DNA of 64,000 nt from Eledone cirrhosa (GCA_964016885.1 OZ024740.1:149978001-150042000); one strand, 5' to 3'; positions 51,840-64,000 are shown, numbered from the stretch's first letter. A program made the numbers and translations. Notes: generated from the sequence alone by a model not told the origin.

Positions 51840-53757
51840 CTAACAGCGCTGCGATCGAATGTGGCTTTTTAGCCCAGCCAATGATCTAAAATGTCTTGCA
51901 CAGAGTCGGCAACCAAAACATTTACTGGGAATAGTCGGCTGTGGTTGGAGTTCGTGTACTTTTGCATGTCGCTTGAGCCCTCCTGCTGATTTACATTCTC
52001 TACCACATGTTTGGCAAGCATGATGAGTAGCATCTCCAACAGCAGCCTGGTAGTCAACCACTGGTCTTACTTTATGACTGCGAAGATGACTTTCGAGTCC
52101 AGCTTTGCTTAGGCAGAGTCTCGCACATACGCTGCATGTCAGCACCATAGGAGGACCCTCGCCGTCTGGAAGTGCAACAGCAATGCCCTTCCTCACATCC
52201 CGCTTTACTTTCTCGTATGCGATTCGAGATGCCTCAAAGGCAACTTTTCCCTCATATACAGTCTTTCTCCATTTATTACGATCAGCAGCAATATTCTCCC
52301 ATGTATCAGCAGAGATGTTAGCGTCTTTCAGAGAGGCTTTCAAGGAATCCTTATACCTCTTTTTTGGTTTATGTGGCGGTCGTTTTCCTTTAACCAACTC
52401 TCCATAAAAGGGTTGTTTTGGTATTCTAGAATCCTTCATCCTGGCAAGGTGACCACTCCAACGGAGTCGTTGCTTAAGCACAAGAGCTTCTATACTGTCA
52501 CACATAGAGCTTTCCAAAATCTCGACATCACTGATGTGGTCCCTCCAGTGAACGCCATGGATCCGTCTGAGACACATCTGATGGAAACGCTCCAATTGCT
52601 TAAGGTGGTGTCGATATGTGACCCAGGTCTCACAGGCATAAAGAAGACAAGAGAGCACACATGCCCTGTAAACCTTTACCTTTGTCCTCCTGCATATGTC
52701 TCGCCGACCCCAGAGTCGCCTTTCTAGCTTTCCGAAAGCATCACTTGCTTTCCTAATCCTAAGTGAGATTTCACAGTCAAGGTTGCTGTATCGATTGACA
52801 GTGCTTCCCAGGTAGACAAACTGATCAACCACTCCAAGTCGCTTGCCATACACATAGATGTTTGGTTCAGTGTACTGCTTACCAGGGGAAGGTTGGTACA
52901 TGACGACGGTTTTCTTGAGACTGACAGTCAGACCTAGGGCAGTGCAAGCGTCAGAAAATGCATTCAAAATGTGCTGCATATCACTCTCTGTGTGCGCTAC
53001 AAGATCGCAATCATCTGCATACAAGAGGTCTCTTATGATTGATGTAAATACTTTTGTCTTCGCAGCAAAGCGTCTGATGTTAAATATGCTGCCTGAGGTT
53101 CGATATCGGATGTAAACACCATGCTCGCAATTCCTGAATGCAATACAGAAAACCATTGCAAAGTATATGGCAAACAGGGTCGGTGCTGGAATATCCCCCT
53201 ATTTCACTCCATTTTTTACTGAGATAGGCTCCGACATGTTACCCCCGACATTAACCCAAGCCTTCATGTCGTCATGGAAAGACCTAACTAAAGCAAGGAA
53301 CTTATCAGTGCAACCAAGTTTCTGGAGAACCTTCCATAATGCATCTCTGTTAACAGTATCGAAAGCTTTTGTCAGATCGACAAAAAGCTGATACAGATCC
53401 AAGCCTTGTTCCATGCACTTCTCCTGGAGCTGTCTAGCTGAGAAGATCATATCAGTAGTGCCGCGTCCAGCACGAAAACCAGATTGACTTTCAGGAAGAA
53501 CACAATCTGCAATGTGTGTCAGCAGACGGTCCAGAAGCACCCTACATAAAACTTTCCCTACGGCAGAAAGCAATGATATACCTCTGTAGTTCCCACAATC
53601 GTTCCTGTTACCCTTTCCCTTGTACAAGACCACCATTACTGCATCTCTCCAGTCCTCAGGTACGGATTCATTAGCCCATATCCTGCCAAACAAAGAGTGA
53701 AGATGTTGCAGGAGTCTCTCACCACCATATTGTAGGAGCTCAGCATGTATGCCATCC
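51840..53757 (-). mobile_element. RTE-BovB-like LINE, 5'-truncated, RT plus three C-terminal C2H2 fingers
   Basis: DGIHAELL, NYRGISLL, QSGFRAGRGTTDMIF, FVDLTKAFDTV, LLYADDC, RLRWSGH, YGEL; CxxC...SH..H repeated three times. Confidence 0.95.
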
Positions 53758-54199
53758 ATACATACATACACACATACATATTTACATACATACATACAAA
53801 CAAACAAAAATATATGATGACTGCATCTTGATTTCAAGAATTTCCATTACTTTATCCTTTTCTCATACATAGGTGGCCCGAACATGACTCTTTAGCCCCG
53901 CCAAGGACTTACATTCCTTTCTGCATATACTGCAGTGATTAACGTTACTGCCACTTTAGTTCCCTGTTTTCTTTTTAGTGAGCTTTCAAATGACGTTGGG
54001 GTCCACCGGCCGAGGCACAGTGTTTTCCACACTTCCGACAGAAAAAATGCCGAAGAGAACATAATTGACAACCTTTTGTACGTGGGTTCTCTGGTAACTT
54101 CTAAGACTAGCTTTAACGAGGCAAATCCGACTACACTCATTGCTATAAAATTATTTTGAGCCCCTGAAAATCCATGCAAAGCAATATCGTGCATATCTT

Positions 54200-54755
54200 T
54201 ACACAGAACCCTCTTTAATTCTTCAGATTCTTCACGAGAAATTTAAATTCCTGTTTTCCATTATACAGATTTCCCCCAAGATCATCGATGTAAGGCACTG
54301 TCTTCTCGGCTATCTTCTCTGTTTTCTTTACTGATAAAATCTATTTTCTTGAAGTCTTTATAACTGAATGTTGGTTTGTACCTTGGCTGTGTGCCTTTGA
54401 CCAACTCCCCATATAGAAAACTGCTTAGGAATACGATGATTTGACATTCTTACAACATTTATTGAATCATAAGAGATTCAACACTTGATTGCCAATATAT
54501 ACCGAGTATTCGGTGAAGACACTGTTGATGAAAATGTTCGAGCACTTTTATATTTCGGGGGTATATGACCCAAGTTAAACATGTATAAAATAATGGAGAT
54601 AATACACATGTTCTGTAACTTTATATAAATGGAAATCTTACGTCGACACCAGAGATGTATGTTGCAGGAAAATTCGATTTCCAATATGCTGCATCAATAG
54701 TTTTACATATCAACTTGTCAAAGACGAACAATGTTTTTATTCATACAGGGAAATG
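54200..54755 (-). mobile_element. Older, heavily decayed RTE fragment
   Basis: Manual translation gives YRTCVLSPLFYTCLTWVIYPRNIKVLEHFHQQCLHRILGIYW and RMSNHRIPKQF..YGELVKG. Confidence 0.8.
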
Positions 54756-55000
54756 TTTATATATATATCTGTGGGGACAACTGGAAAGCTTCCATTACTC
54801 ATACTTCTCGCCTTCTTCACTACCTCTTCTACGGCCTCGATATGAATACCCCCTCCGCCTCCGTGGTATTTTCTTCGTGGTTATAAGAGGCTTAGCTCTG
54901 TTTCTCGACCGTTATATCGCGTGACTGTCTCCCCCCTCCGCCTTTTGGGATTCTTTCTCACGTCGTGTAGACGCGTTCTTGAGACTAGTAAAATGAGGTA

Positions 55001-55088
55001 TCCTCTTGATAAGTCGGCAGACCTCGCAAGGACTCTATATCTTTGATATATTGTTTTTGTTTATGCCACGAAACTACGTAGTCGAGGA
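55001..55088 (+). ncRNA. Type I hammerhead ribozyme, U3-A8 variant, GUC site (cleavage after 55083)
   Basis: UCCUC-UUGAUAA-GU(C)GGCA...UGCCAC-GAAA-CUACGUAG-UC-GAGGA. Confidence 0.85.
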
Positions 55089-55591
55089 ATTTAGGAACAG
55101 TTTAGGTATGATACATTTTATTACTAATTATATCTAAATGTTTCTTCTCTCTTCATAATGTATTTTTAACTCTGATACTGGTTCAGTCTGGTTCAAACTG
55201 AATTGGTCTGTCCCAGTCATTCATTGAGCAACATCGGTGAAGTTGGCACCCTTAACTCACAGTTGGGTGCGGATGCATTCATGTATATATGTGTGTGTCC
55301 GCATGTATCTGTGTGTTTCTAAATATATTAATAACTCCCTCTGGTCGAGCAATCTTTGAAGTGTGGGGACAACTGGAAAGCTTCCATTACTCATACTTCT
55401 CGCCTTCTTCACTACCTCTTCTACGGCCTCGATATGAATACCCCCTCCGCCTCCGTGGTATTTTCTTCGTGGTTATAAGAGGCTTAGCTCTGTTTCTCGA
55501 CCGTTATATCGCGTGACTGTCTCCCCCTCCACCTTTTGGGATTCTTTCTCACGTCGTGTAGACGCGTTCTTGAGACTAGTAAAATGAGGTA

Positions 55592-55679
55592 TCCTCTTGA
55601 TAAGTCGGCAGACCTCGCAAGGACTCTATATCTTTGATATATTGTTTTTGTTTATGCCACGAAACTACGTAGTCGAGGA
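55592..55679 (+). ncRNA. Identical second hammerhead (cleavage after 55674)
   Basis: Same sequence 591 nt downstream. Confidence 0.85.
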
Positions 55680-55824
55680 ATTTAGGAACAGTTTAGGTAT
55701 GATACATTTTATTACTAATTATATCTAAATGTTTCTTCTCTCTTCATAATATATATAGATATATATATATAGTGAAAGATTGAAGAATAACATGATCGGC
55801 TGTACAACAAGGAGTTTTATTTCA

Positions 55825-55937
55825 AGTATTAACAATTGTTTCATTGATCAGGTGAGTCTAAAGGCCGCTAATCACTCGAAATTGCGTCACTCGACCTTAA
55901 ATACAGTGTTTACCTCTGATCAGATCATCAGAATACT
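55825..55937 (-). ncRNA. Hammerhead motif with a long helix II insertion, in a solo ~240-bp insert (55771-56007) between (TA)n runs
   Basis: Minus strand reads AGUAUU-CUGAUGA-UC UGAUCAG...CUGAUCA AU-GAAA-CAAUUG-UU-AAUACU. Confidence 0.65.
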
Positions 55938-56004
55938 AGAGATTTCACATATGGCAATTGTATATATAGAGACAACGTAGAATCAAGACAATAACATCAA
56001 TAAT

Positions 56005-56095
<91 letters not shown>

Positions 56096-56189
56096 ATGAT
56101 GGATGATATGCATAACGTTGTGTACTCTGATTGATTTGCCTACCAGAACCACCAGTTCTGCTCTTAGGAATTCAAAATAACTTAAATGG

Positions 56190-56761
56190 TATATGGTGGC
56201 TGCCAACTCGTTTTCGAGTACGGCCACTACTTTATATCCATGTAGGAGAACCCCTACCGATGCGCTGAATGAGTGTGACTTTTTAGTCCAGTCAGCGACT
56301 TGAAAACTCTGGTACAAACACTACACCTGTGACAAGTATTGACACATAGTGCTGGGCCCATGGTACGATGTGACGAGAAGTGCAGAGAGATCTCCAGACA
56401 TAAAGCAATGCCTGTGCCGTGAAGCTTTTATAGTGAGCAAAGGCATTGCACAAAGCCAGTCCCACTCTCTTAACCAAGATGATATTTACCAAAAAGAAGA
56501 ACAAGTCAACATCATTGGACATCATCAGGGTTGCAGGTGTTATATCAGAGTTTTCCTTCTAGAATTCTGCCTTGACAAAGGCTAAGGGGGTCATCTCTCC
56601 CGGTGATTTTGGATGGCCATTGACTCTTAAGAACTCCTTTGCTCTTTGACAGGTTTTGTTTTTAGTCCTGTAGGATGTCCAAAGTCACCCTCCTTACCAA
56701 GAAAACTTGGTGGGGTTGCCAGTTTAGTCGCCAACGACCCGACCATAGGTCGTACATGGGA
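56190..56761 (-). mobile_element. Non-autonomous RTE-derived element (5'UTR-like head + RTE-like 3' end), copy 1
   Basis: High similarity to 61640-62192; GAAGGAAAACTCTGA motif reminiscent of RTE 5' UTRs; 3' end GGCCGTACTCGAAAACGAGTTGGCAGCC resembles the RTE 3' fragment at 51.5 kb. Confidence 0.6.
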
Positions 56762-56880
56762 CATACATACATACATACATACATACATACATACATACAT
56801 ACATACAAACATACATACATACATACATACATACATACATACATACATACATACATACATACATACATACATACATACAT

Positions 56881-59800
56881 AAAGTTGAGCTACATTACGC
56901 GGTAAGATTACATACAATAATTCTACATAAGTGTTTGAACTGTAAGTGTGTTGTAAAATACCTATTTATATGAACGATACATACACTTATGATATATGAA
57001 CGATATATACACTTTAACATATAAATACAACGTTAAAGAAATATACTAAGTAACGGTTCTTTTTGTTCTCGATTCAAGAACAACGTTTAAAACACAGTTG
57101 TAGAATTAAAAACTAACTGAAAAGAAATATTACCCAAGCTGTGAATAACTTTAAATTTGATTCTGAGAGAACTTTGTCGAAACTTTTAAAGAAGATCATC
57201 GACTATTTTGAAAAATAAATACGAAATATTAGTGAATAGACGAACTCATCATGGCAAAAAGTACAAGTCTCCTTCGACCAAATCGCAACTACAACCGTTG
57301 TATACAGTGGAGCTACGAGCTTAACAAAGAATTATATGAAGCATACAAACAATCTGAACCCCAAAAGTTCGGTTTTATGCAAAGGCTAAAAACTTTATGG
57401 AACTCCAAACACCCAGAATTAGACTTTTCTCCAAAGCATTTAAATGAACAGGCAAAACGTATCATTAGATGTAAATTGATACATCTAACGGAATTGAGTG
57501 ATACTACAAATATAGCCCTTGTAGACAACCACCTCACCTCCACTGACAGATAAAGAGAATGGCCAGCTAAATCTAACAGTGAACAGCTCACCAACAATTT
57601 TGCTGAAATCCATCCCACTTCCACTGAAGAACAGCGAGAATGGGCAGCTAACTCTAGTAGTAATTGTCACCACATCAACAACGAGGCTGAAATTCATGAC
57701 TCTACTGTACAAACAGAACGCCAAAAACATGTGGACACCTTACACGTGATATGGGACGATATGTTTCAAGAGATACACAGCCTTAATGTGAATGACAGAC
57801 CATACAACACCAGAATCAGTAAAGAACCCACTAAATTTGAATTGGAAGCGGTGAACGAAATAGCTGGCAATTATCTAATCTAAAGGTGTAGAAACGACAT
57901 TTGAAACGCTTAATATTTTGTTATACGTTTCAACTGTCACATTGCTATCATATAACACACATCTAAAACCACGCAATCAAGATACAAACAAAAAGCCTGA
58001 ACCAGCGTGGATGCGAAATTTAAAAAGCAAAATTTTGTCCCTGAGACGAAGTATCTCACACATCGCAGTCGTTATGAAATGCAACATAGAGAGCAACTTC
58101 ACATGACACCAGGGAGACCTAAAAAAAAAGTTAGAGAGACGATTTGGAGATACAAAATTTAAAACTTTGAACTCCAAATTACACCAGTTGAAACAACAAC
58201 TCACAGCTACAATAGAAAGACTAAAATATAAGTCAACAGCACATAAACGACAAGTGCTAAATAGATTGTTTGCCAGAGATCCTAAATCAGTTTATCGCAG
58301 CTCCAGTGGCAAAAGCTCAATCCCTGTAAATGACACCCCTTCAAAAGAACAGGTTGAGAGCTACTGGAGATCTGTATGGAAAACGGATGACGGATTCAAC
58401 AGACAAACTAATTGGCTAAAAAAACTGGAACAGGACTACTGCCAACATGTCCAGACAAAACAATATGGCATAGATGGGTCAATACTGGAAACAACTCTAC
58501 AGAAAATGTCTAATAGGAAATCACCAGGCCCAGACCTCATTACAGGATACTGGTTGAAGAATTTCACTTTCTATCGGCAAGATCTCATACGGCTGTTTAC
58601 AGAAACCATTAAAGGCACACAAGAACTGCCCAGATGGTTAACAACTGCCACTACTCTCCTCATTCCCCAAAATAGCCAAACCACCCTTGCTAAAAATTAC
58701 CGCCCAATAGCCTGCCAAAACACCATGTATAAATTATATACTGGGTGCCTTAACCTGTTCTTACAGGATCACTGTGCTACCAACAACATCATAACACCTG
58801 AGCAAGATGGTTGAAAGAGGGAGGTGTGGGGTTGCATAGATCACCTACTAACTAATAAAATGATTCAGGAAAAAACAACAAGAATCGCAGAAACATGACT
58901 GTGGTGTGGTTGGACTATCAAAAAGCATTTGATAGTGTACCTCATGGGTGGATTATTAAGGCTTTACAGTTAGCCAAAGTCCCACAAACATTGGTAGCTG
59001 CTGTTGAGCGCCTGACCAAGAACTGGTACACCAATTTGATCCTTAGAGGTGAGAATGAGCAAATTAAGACAGATAAGATATATTACCAGAAGGGCATCTT
59101 TCAGGGTGATAGCTTGTCAGTGCTACTCTTCGTTCTCTCACTAAATCCACTATCTTACCTACTCAGGAAACAAGGTGGACAAAGAAGTGGGTCCAGAAGT
59201 ATCGCCCATCTTTTCTTTGTTGATGACCTGAAGTTGTATGGGTCAAATATCAATGACATCAAGAAACAATTGGACCTCATTACACAATTTTCAACAGACA
59301 TCAAAATGAAATTTGGTGAGTCCAAGTGTGCATATTTGGCAGTAAAACGTAAAAGAGCTGTGCCCTCCTCTAGAAATCTAGAGATGACAATACAACCTCT
59401 GCAGTCAGGTGACAACTACAGATATCTTGGACAGGATGAGAATGTCAGATATGATGGACCCATAAATAAGGAGAGAACCAGAACTGAATACCTCAGAAGA
59501 GTAAAGAAAATATGGTCATCAGAACTGTCAGCGTACAACAAATACATCGCCCACAATACTTATGCTGTGCCAATTCTAACGCCAACATTTGGCCTGCTGA
59601 ACTGGTCATTGCAAGAACTAAGTGAGATGGATGTTAGAACTCACAAACTTCTCAGTGTTACTGGGAACTTTAACATCAATGGTGATGTGGATAGGCTATA
59701 CTTCTCACGCAAGGAAGGTGGCTGGGGTCTAAAATCCATATTAACAACATATGAGACCCGAATAGTAACACTGAAGCAATACCTTCAACAGAGGAAAAAG

Positions 59801-60811
59801 GTTGGCAACCATCTTGCCCAGGTTTATGAGCATGAAAAGAAAAATATCATTAGAATAGCGACTGATCTGGAGGAGAGATATGGAATAAAGCCTGATATAA
59901 ATCTCTCACCCAGGGAAATCGGAAGATCCTATTCAATGTTCAAACAAGATGAAAAAAATTGACCAATTTACAGAAAAAGTTGTGCATGGATACTTGAGAC
60001 GTAAAAAGCAGACCATAGAGGGGATAAATCACTCAAAAAGCCTGGCATGGAGGTCCGACAAGTTTATGACATCACACCTTGAGGGATATCTCTATGCAAT
60101 ACAGGAACAAGAACTCCCAACGAAATATCTGCTGCACAAAAGGGGAGGGCCAGCAGCTGACAATAAATGTAAGCTATGTAAAACAAAGATCGAGGATGTA
60201 AGCCACATTGTTGCCAGCTGCGAAAGAATGTCATCTCGCTACTACCTCCCCATGAGACACGATGAGATAGCTAGAACCATCTGGAACGCACTTCGGAAAA
60301 CAAAATTAACAACAAACGAGGAAGAATATATTGAGACAGATGGCACTAAGGAATACTGGTGGAACCTGAAAATAAAAACTGCCACCAAATTAAAGCACAA
60401 CCGGCCTGATATTGTTGTTTGGGACCACACATTGAAAACGTGTTCTGTTGTGGAGATCAGCTGCCCACTTGATGTAAACGTTGTCAGAAAAATACAGGAG
60501 AAGGAGGACATCTACGGACCATTGATGAGGAGTTTACAAATCCAGTATCCAAGATACACCTTTAGCTTCATACCCATCATTATTGGAGCTACGGGTTATA
60601 TACCAACCCGCTTGGACCAAAGTATGACTGAACTTGGATTTGCGGACAAAAAGCGCAGCTCCCTAATTCATAGTCTACAAATGGCTGCGATACCTTCAAA
60701 ATTTGCAAAACATTCTTGCGGTTCAAGAGATGACAATTTCTATTTTTTACAACCTTGCTACCAGGAAGGTGGCCGGTAAAAAATATATACTCGAAATTAA
60801 GAGAAAGAGAT

Positions 60812-60812
<1 letters not shown>
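56881..60812 (+). mobile_element. Near full-length R4/Dong-like non-LTR element (second family), decayed
   Basis: N-terminal WSYELNKELYEAY..GFMQRLKTLW; KSPGPDLITGYW, WLDYQKAFDSVPH, QGDSLS, FFVDDLKLY, CKLC..HIVASC, RHD, RPDIVVWD..VEISCP. Confidence 0.93.
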
Positions 60813-60855
<43 letters not shown>

Positions 60856-61289
60856 ATTTAATTTTTTTGAATTCCTAAGAGCAGAACTCGTGGTTCTGGT
60901 GGGCAAATCAATCAGAGCACACAACGTTATGCAAATCATCCATCATTGATGTGGTATCCACTAGTTGGCGCAGGAACGAAGTAAAGTATTTATAAAACGA
61001 CATCAGAAGGCCGGACTGGAAGATATGCTGTAAAAATTTTAATTTCGTAAAATCACTATACATATTTCAATGGCCCAGCTCCATCATCCAATTATGATGC
61101 AAGTCAGGATGATTCATCAGGTAACCTCGACAGAATTACAAGCAGGGTTACGTTGAACCCAAACTTATCATGGAAGATAGGGAAAAGAGAATAGGATATT
61201 GAAAAATTAAGAATGAAAATTTGATCCGGGGACTGCCTGTAAAAATAAAACGGGCTGTATATTGAGCTTTTTACTGAGAAACATTATCA

Positions 61290-61620
61290 ATACATACATA
61301 CATGATGATGGCTGCCTGCTCGTTATCGAATATGGTCATTGCACGATATAACATAATTAATAATTATCAATTAATTAATTAATTAATTCTATCGTGCAAT
61401 GCCTGAGCCTGAAGATTTTTTTAAAGTGAGGGAAGACTGTTCACTGAGCCAATCCCACTCTCTGAGCGACAGTAGCCAAAAGAAGAAAAGATCAACATCA
61501 TCGGAAACTACTATGCCGCAGGTTTTGTGTCGGGGTTATCCCAGTTTCCTGAGTTGCCATCTCCTAGAAGAATTCCCTGGCAAAGGCTAGGGGTCCTTCA
61601 CTCTCAGTGGCTTAACCGCG
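61290..61620 (-). mobile_element. Related short non-autonomous RTE-derived element with (ATGT)n tail
   Basis: 3' end nearly identical to the 51500-51548 fragment; body is distantly similar to 56450-56590. Confidence 0.55.
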
Positions 61621-62243
61621 ACATACATACATACATACATGCTGGCTGCCAACTCGTTTTCGAGTACGGCCACTACTTTATATCCATGTAGGAGAACCCC
61701 TACCGATACGCTGAACAAGTGTGACTTTTTAGTCCAGTCAGCCACTTGAAAACTCTGGTACAAACACTACATTTGTGACAATTATTGACACATAGTGCTG
61801 GGCCCATGGTACCATGTGATGACAAGTGCAGAGAGATCTCCAGATACAAAGCAATGCCTGTGCCGTGAAGCTTTTATAGTGAACAAAGGCACTGCACAAA
61901 GCCAGTCCCACTCTCTTAACCAAGATGATATTTACCAAAAAGAAGAACAACTCAACATCATTTGATACCATCAGGGTTGCAGGTGTTATTTCAGAGTTTT
62001 CCTTCTCCTAGAATTCTGCCTTGACAAAGGCTAAGGGGTCATTTCTCTCGGTGATTTTGGATGGCCATTGACTCTTAAGAGCTCCTTTGCCCTTTGACAG
62101 GTTTTGTTTTTAGTCCTGCAGTATGTCCAAAGTCACCCTCCTCACCAAGAAACCTTGGTGGGGTTGCCAGTTTAGTCGCCAATGACCATGGGACAGGTTG
62201 TACTGGAATACATGTTACCAGTAGCACCAACTGGTTACCTGAC

Positions 62244-62245
<2 letters not shown>
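61621..62245 (-). mobile_element. Non-autonomous RTE-derived element, copy 2, flanked by (CATA)n
   Basis: Direct repeat of 56190-56761 with a longer 5' end. Confidence 0.65.
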
Positions 62246-62274
<29 letters not shown>

Positions 62275-62325
62275 CATACATACATACATACATACATACA
62301 TACATACATACATACATACATACAT

Positions 62326-63709
62326 AGACGAAATCCGAACAGTTGATGTTGGAACTCGAAAAATACTAAACAACACCGGAAACTTCCACATCAACCGTGA
62401 CATAGACCGCCTTTACTTTAAACGTAGGCAGGGAGGCAAAGGCCTAACATCAGTCCAGACAGCATTTCAATGTCGCATCATATCCCTCCAACAATATCTA
62501 CGAACCTCGAAGCGTAGGAGTCCGTCTCACGAGCAAGTCTATCTTCATGAAACAGATAAGATCATGAGAGTTGGAAAGGAACTCCTCGAGAGATATTCCC
62601 TGTGCGATAATCAAAGACTCACACCCAGGGAAGTCGCTCAACAATATCGCAGTGAATCCATGGATGAAAAACTGCATGCTTATCAGCAAAAAATCAAGCA
62701 TGGATATATTGCCAGGAAGCTCCAGAGTGAGACTAATATGGATAAGGAAAGTAGTCTATCTTGGACCAACAACCGCTATATTGGCTCCCACTTTGAAGGA
62801 TACGCTTTTCCAATCCAAGAACAGGGGATTAACACGAAATACTTGATTCACAAAAGAGATAGGGATGCAGGCAAAACACCTAGATGTGATAACAAGTGCA
62901 GACTCAGCAGAACTAACATCGAGGATATCACCCATGTCATCAGCAGCTGCCCAAAGATGTCATCGCGGTACTATCTACCTATGAGGCATGATGTAGTGTC
63001 CAAAGCACTGTACAATGCAGTCCGTAAAAAAGATAGCCCCGATAAAAAACGCATTAAAAGTTTCAGCAATGTGGAAAACATCCACGTACATAATATGAAA
63101 GAGTACTGGTGGAATGTTCCAGTAAAAACCCCAACAAAATGCAGGCATAACAGACCAGATATTATGATATGGGACAGGGAAAAGAAGGCATGCACAGTAG
63201 TGGAAATTAGCTGCCCCGCAGATGCCAATATAATATCAAATATTAGCGAAAAGGAGAATATTTATGCAGAACTGATGAGAAATCTGCAGATACTCCACCC
63301 TGACTATACCTTCAGATTTATGTTCTTGGGGCATTGGGGTATTTTAGTAACTGCCTCAATACAAATCGTGAGAAGCTAGGCTTCACAGGGACAGAAAGAA
63401 CACTAGTTAGGAAATTACAAGTACAATCCATTAATGGAACAGTAAAAATATGTAAAACATTCCAAAGATTTTGCATCTAATAACTGCATATATACATGTA
63501 CAGATACAAAGCACACATACAACTCAAAACATTCACATCCACACATACAATAACATCTATATCTTCACATGCATGCATACATAATCTACCTAGTTGATGT
63601 TGTGTAAATTCCAATGAGAGAGTCTTGTATCTATGTTAGAAACCGACTCTCTCTCTATTGGGAAAAAGTTTGTGAAATTATAAAACCAGAAGAACATACA
63701 TACATACAT
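62326..63709 (+). mobile_element. 5'-truncated R4/Dong-like copy (same family as 48655-51380)
   Basis: ORF 62564-63379 has CCHC-like motif, RHD and RPDI..VEISCP; 3' UTR matches 51135-51390; (CATA)n on both sides. Confidence 0.92.
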
Positions 63710-64000
63710 CGAAAGATGATAAAAGTCTCAGGCACATATACATATTTGAGCACAACAAACAGATAATTAAATAATATGCACACCGAAACACAAACACATA
63801 CAAGCACAGATACACTCATAGTATACACCACATAGAACTGCAGATAAACACTCAATCTACACATCGTATCAATGTTACTTGTCTAGTGATAACAAATCAC
63901 ACGCAGTCCCAAACTCCGCTAGAAATAGGAGCGGTGATTATAGCCACTGAGTTCAACATGTTAAGAGCTTTGGAGCCGTTAAATACAAATAATTGTTTCT

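Larger units (their letters stand above)
54770..55750 (+). mobile_element. Two near-identical ~390-bp direct repeats (54770-55159, 55362-55750), each with an HHR; retrozyme/PLE pseudo-LTR-like non-autonomous element in (TA)n
   Basis: Copies differ by about 2 nt; 202-bp spacer; TA repeats on both flanks. Confidence 0.85.

Noticed and set aside
53892-54194. 100-aa ORF as a host exon
   Set aside because: No recognisable motif; lies directly downstream of the decayed RTE fragment
54655-55516. Duplicated 75-89 aa ORFs (WGQLESFHYSYF...)
   Set aside because: By-product of the non-coding HHR direct repeat; no recognisable domain and different starts

Overview
This is AT-rich, microsatellite-dense eukaryotic (metazoan) DNA. 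The tRNA-SINE type and repeat landscape suggest a cephalopod such as octopus, which is an inference. No intact host gene is visible. The window is a nested transposon graveyard: decayed RTE LINEs, a near full-length L1/Tx1-like LINE, three R4/Dong-like LINE copies, a Penelope-like element (PLE), a split and inactivated autonomous Helitron with many non-autonomous Helitron units, SINEs, MITE/foldback elements, and an ~18.8 kb 16/14-bp satellite (7167-25964) that produces all the giant spurious minus-strand ORFs. The main hidden signal is RNA-level: eight type I hammerhead ribozyme (HHR) motifs in five different sequence families, all in inserts bounded by (TA)n. They include (i) an inverted HHR-bearing 122-bp repeat that brackets the satellite and itself contains one satellite unit, (ii) a retrozyme-like tandem pair predicted to excise a 591-nt RNA, and (iii) a ~390-bp HHR palindrome. 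Also noted: a spliced SGNH-hydrolase-like gene facing a BACK-like ORF inside mobile DNA, and palindromic Helitron tail-head junctions that read on both strands. All folds, alignments and counts were done by eye.
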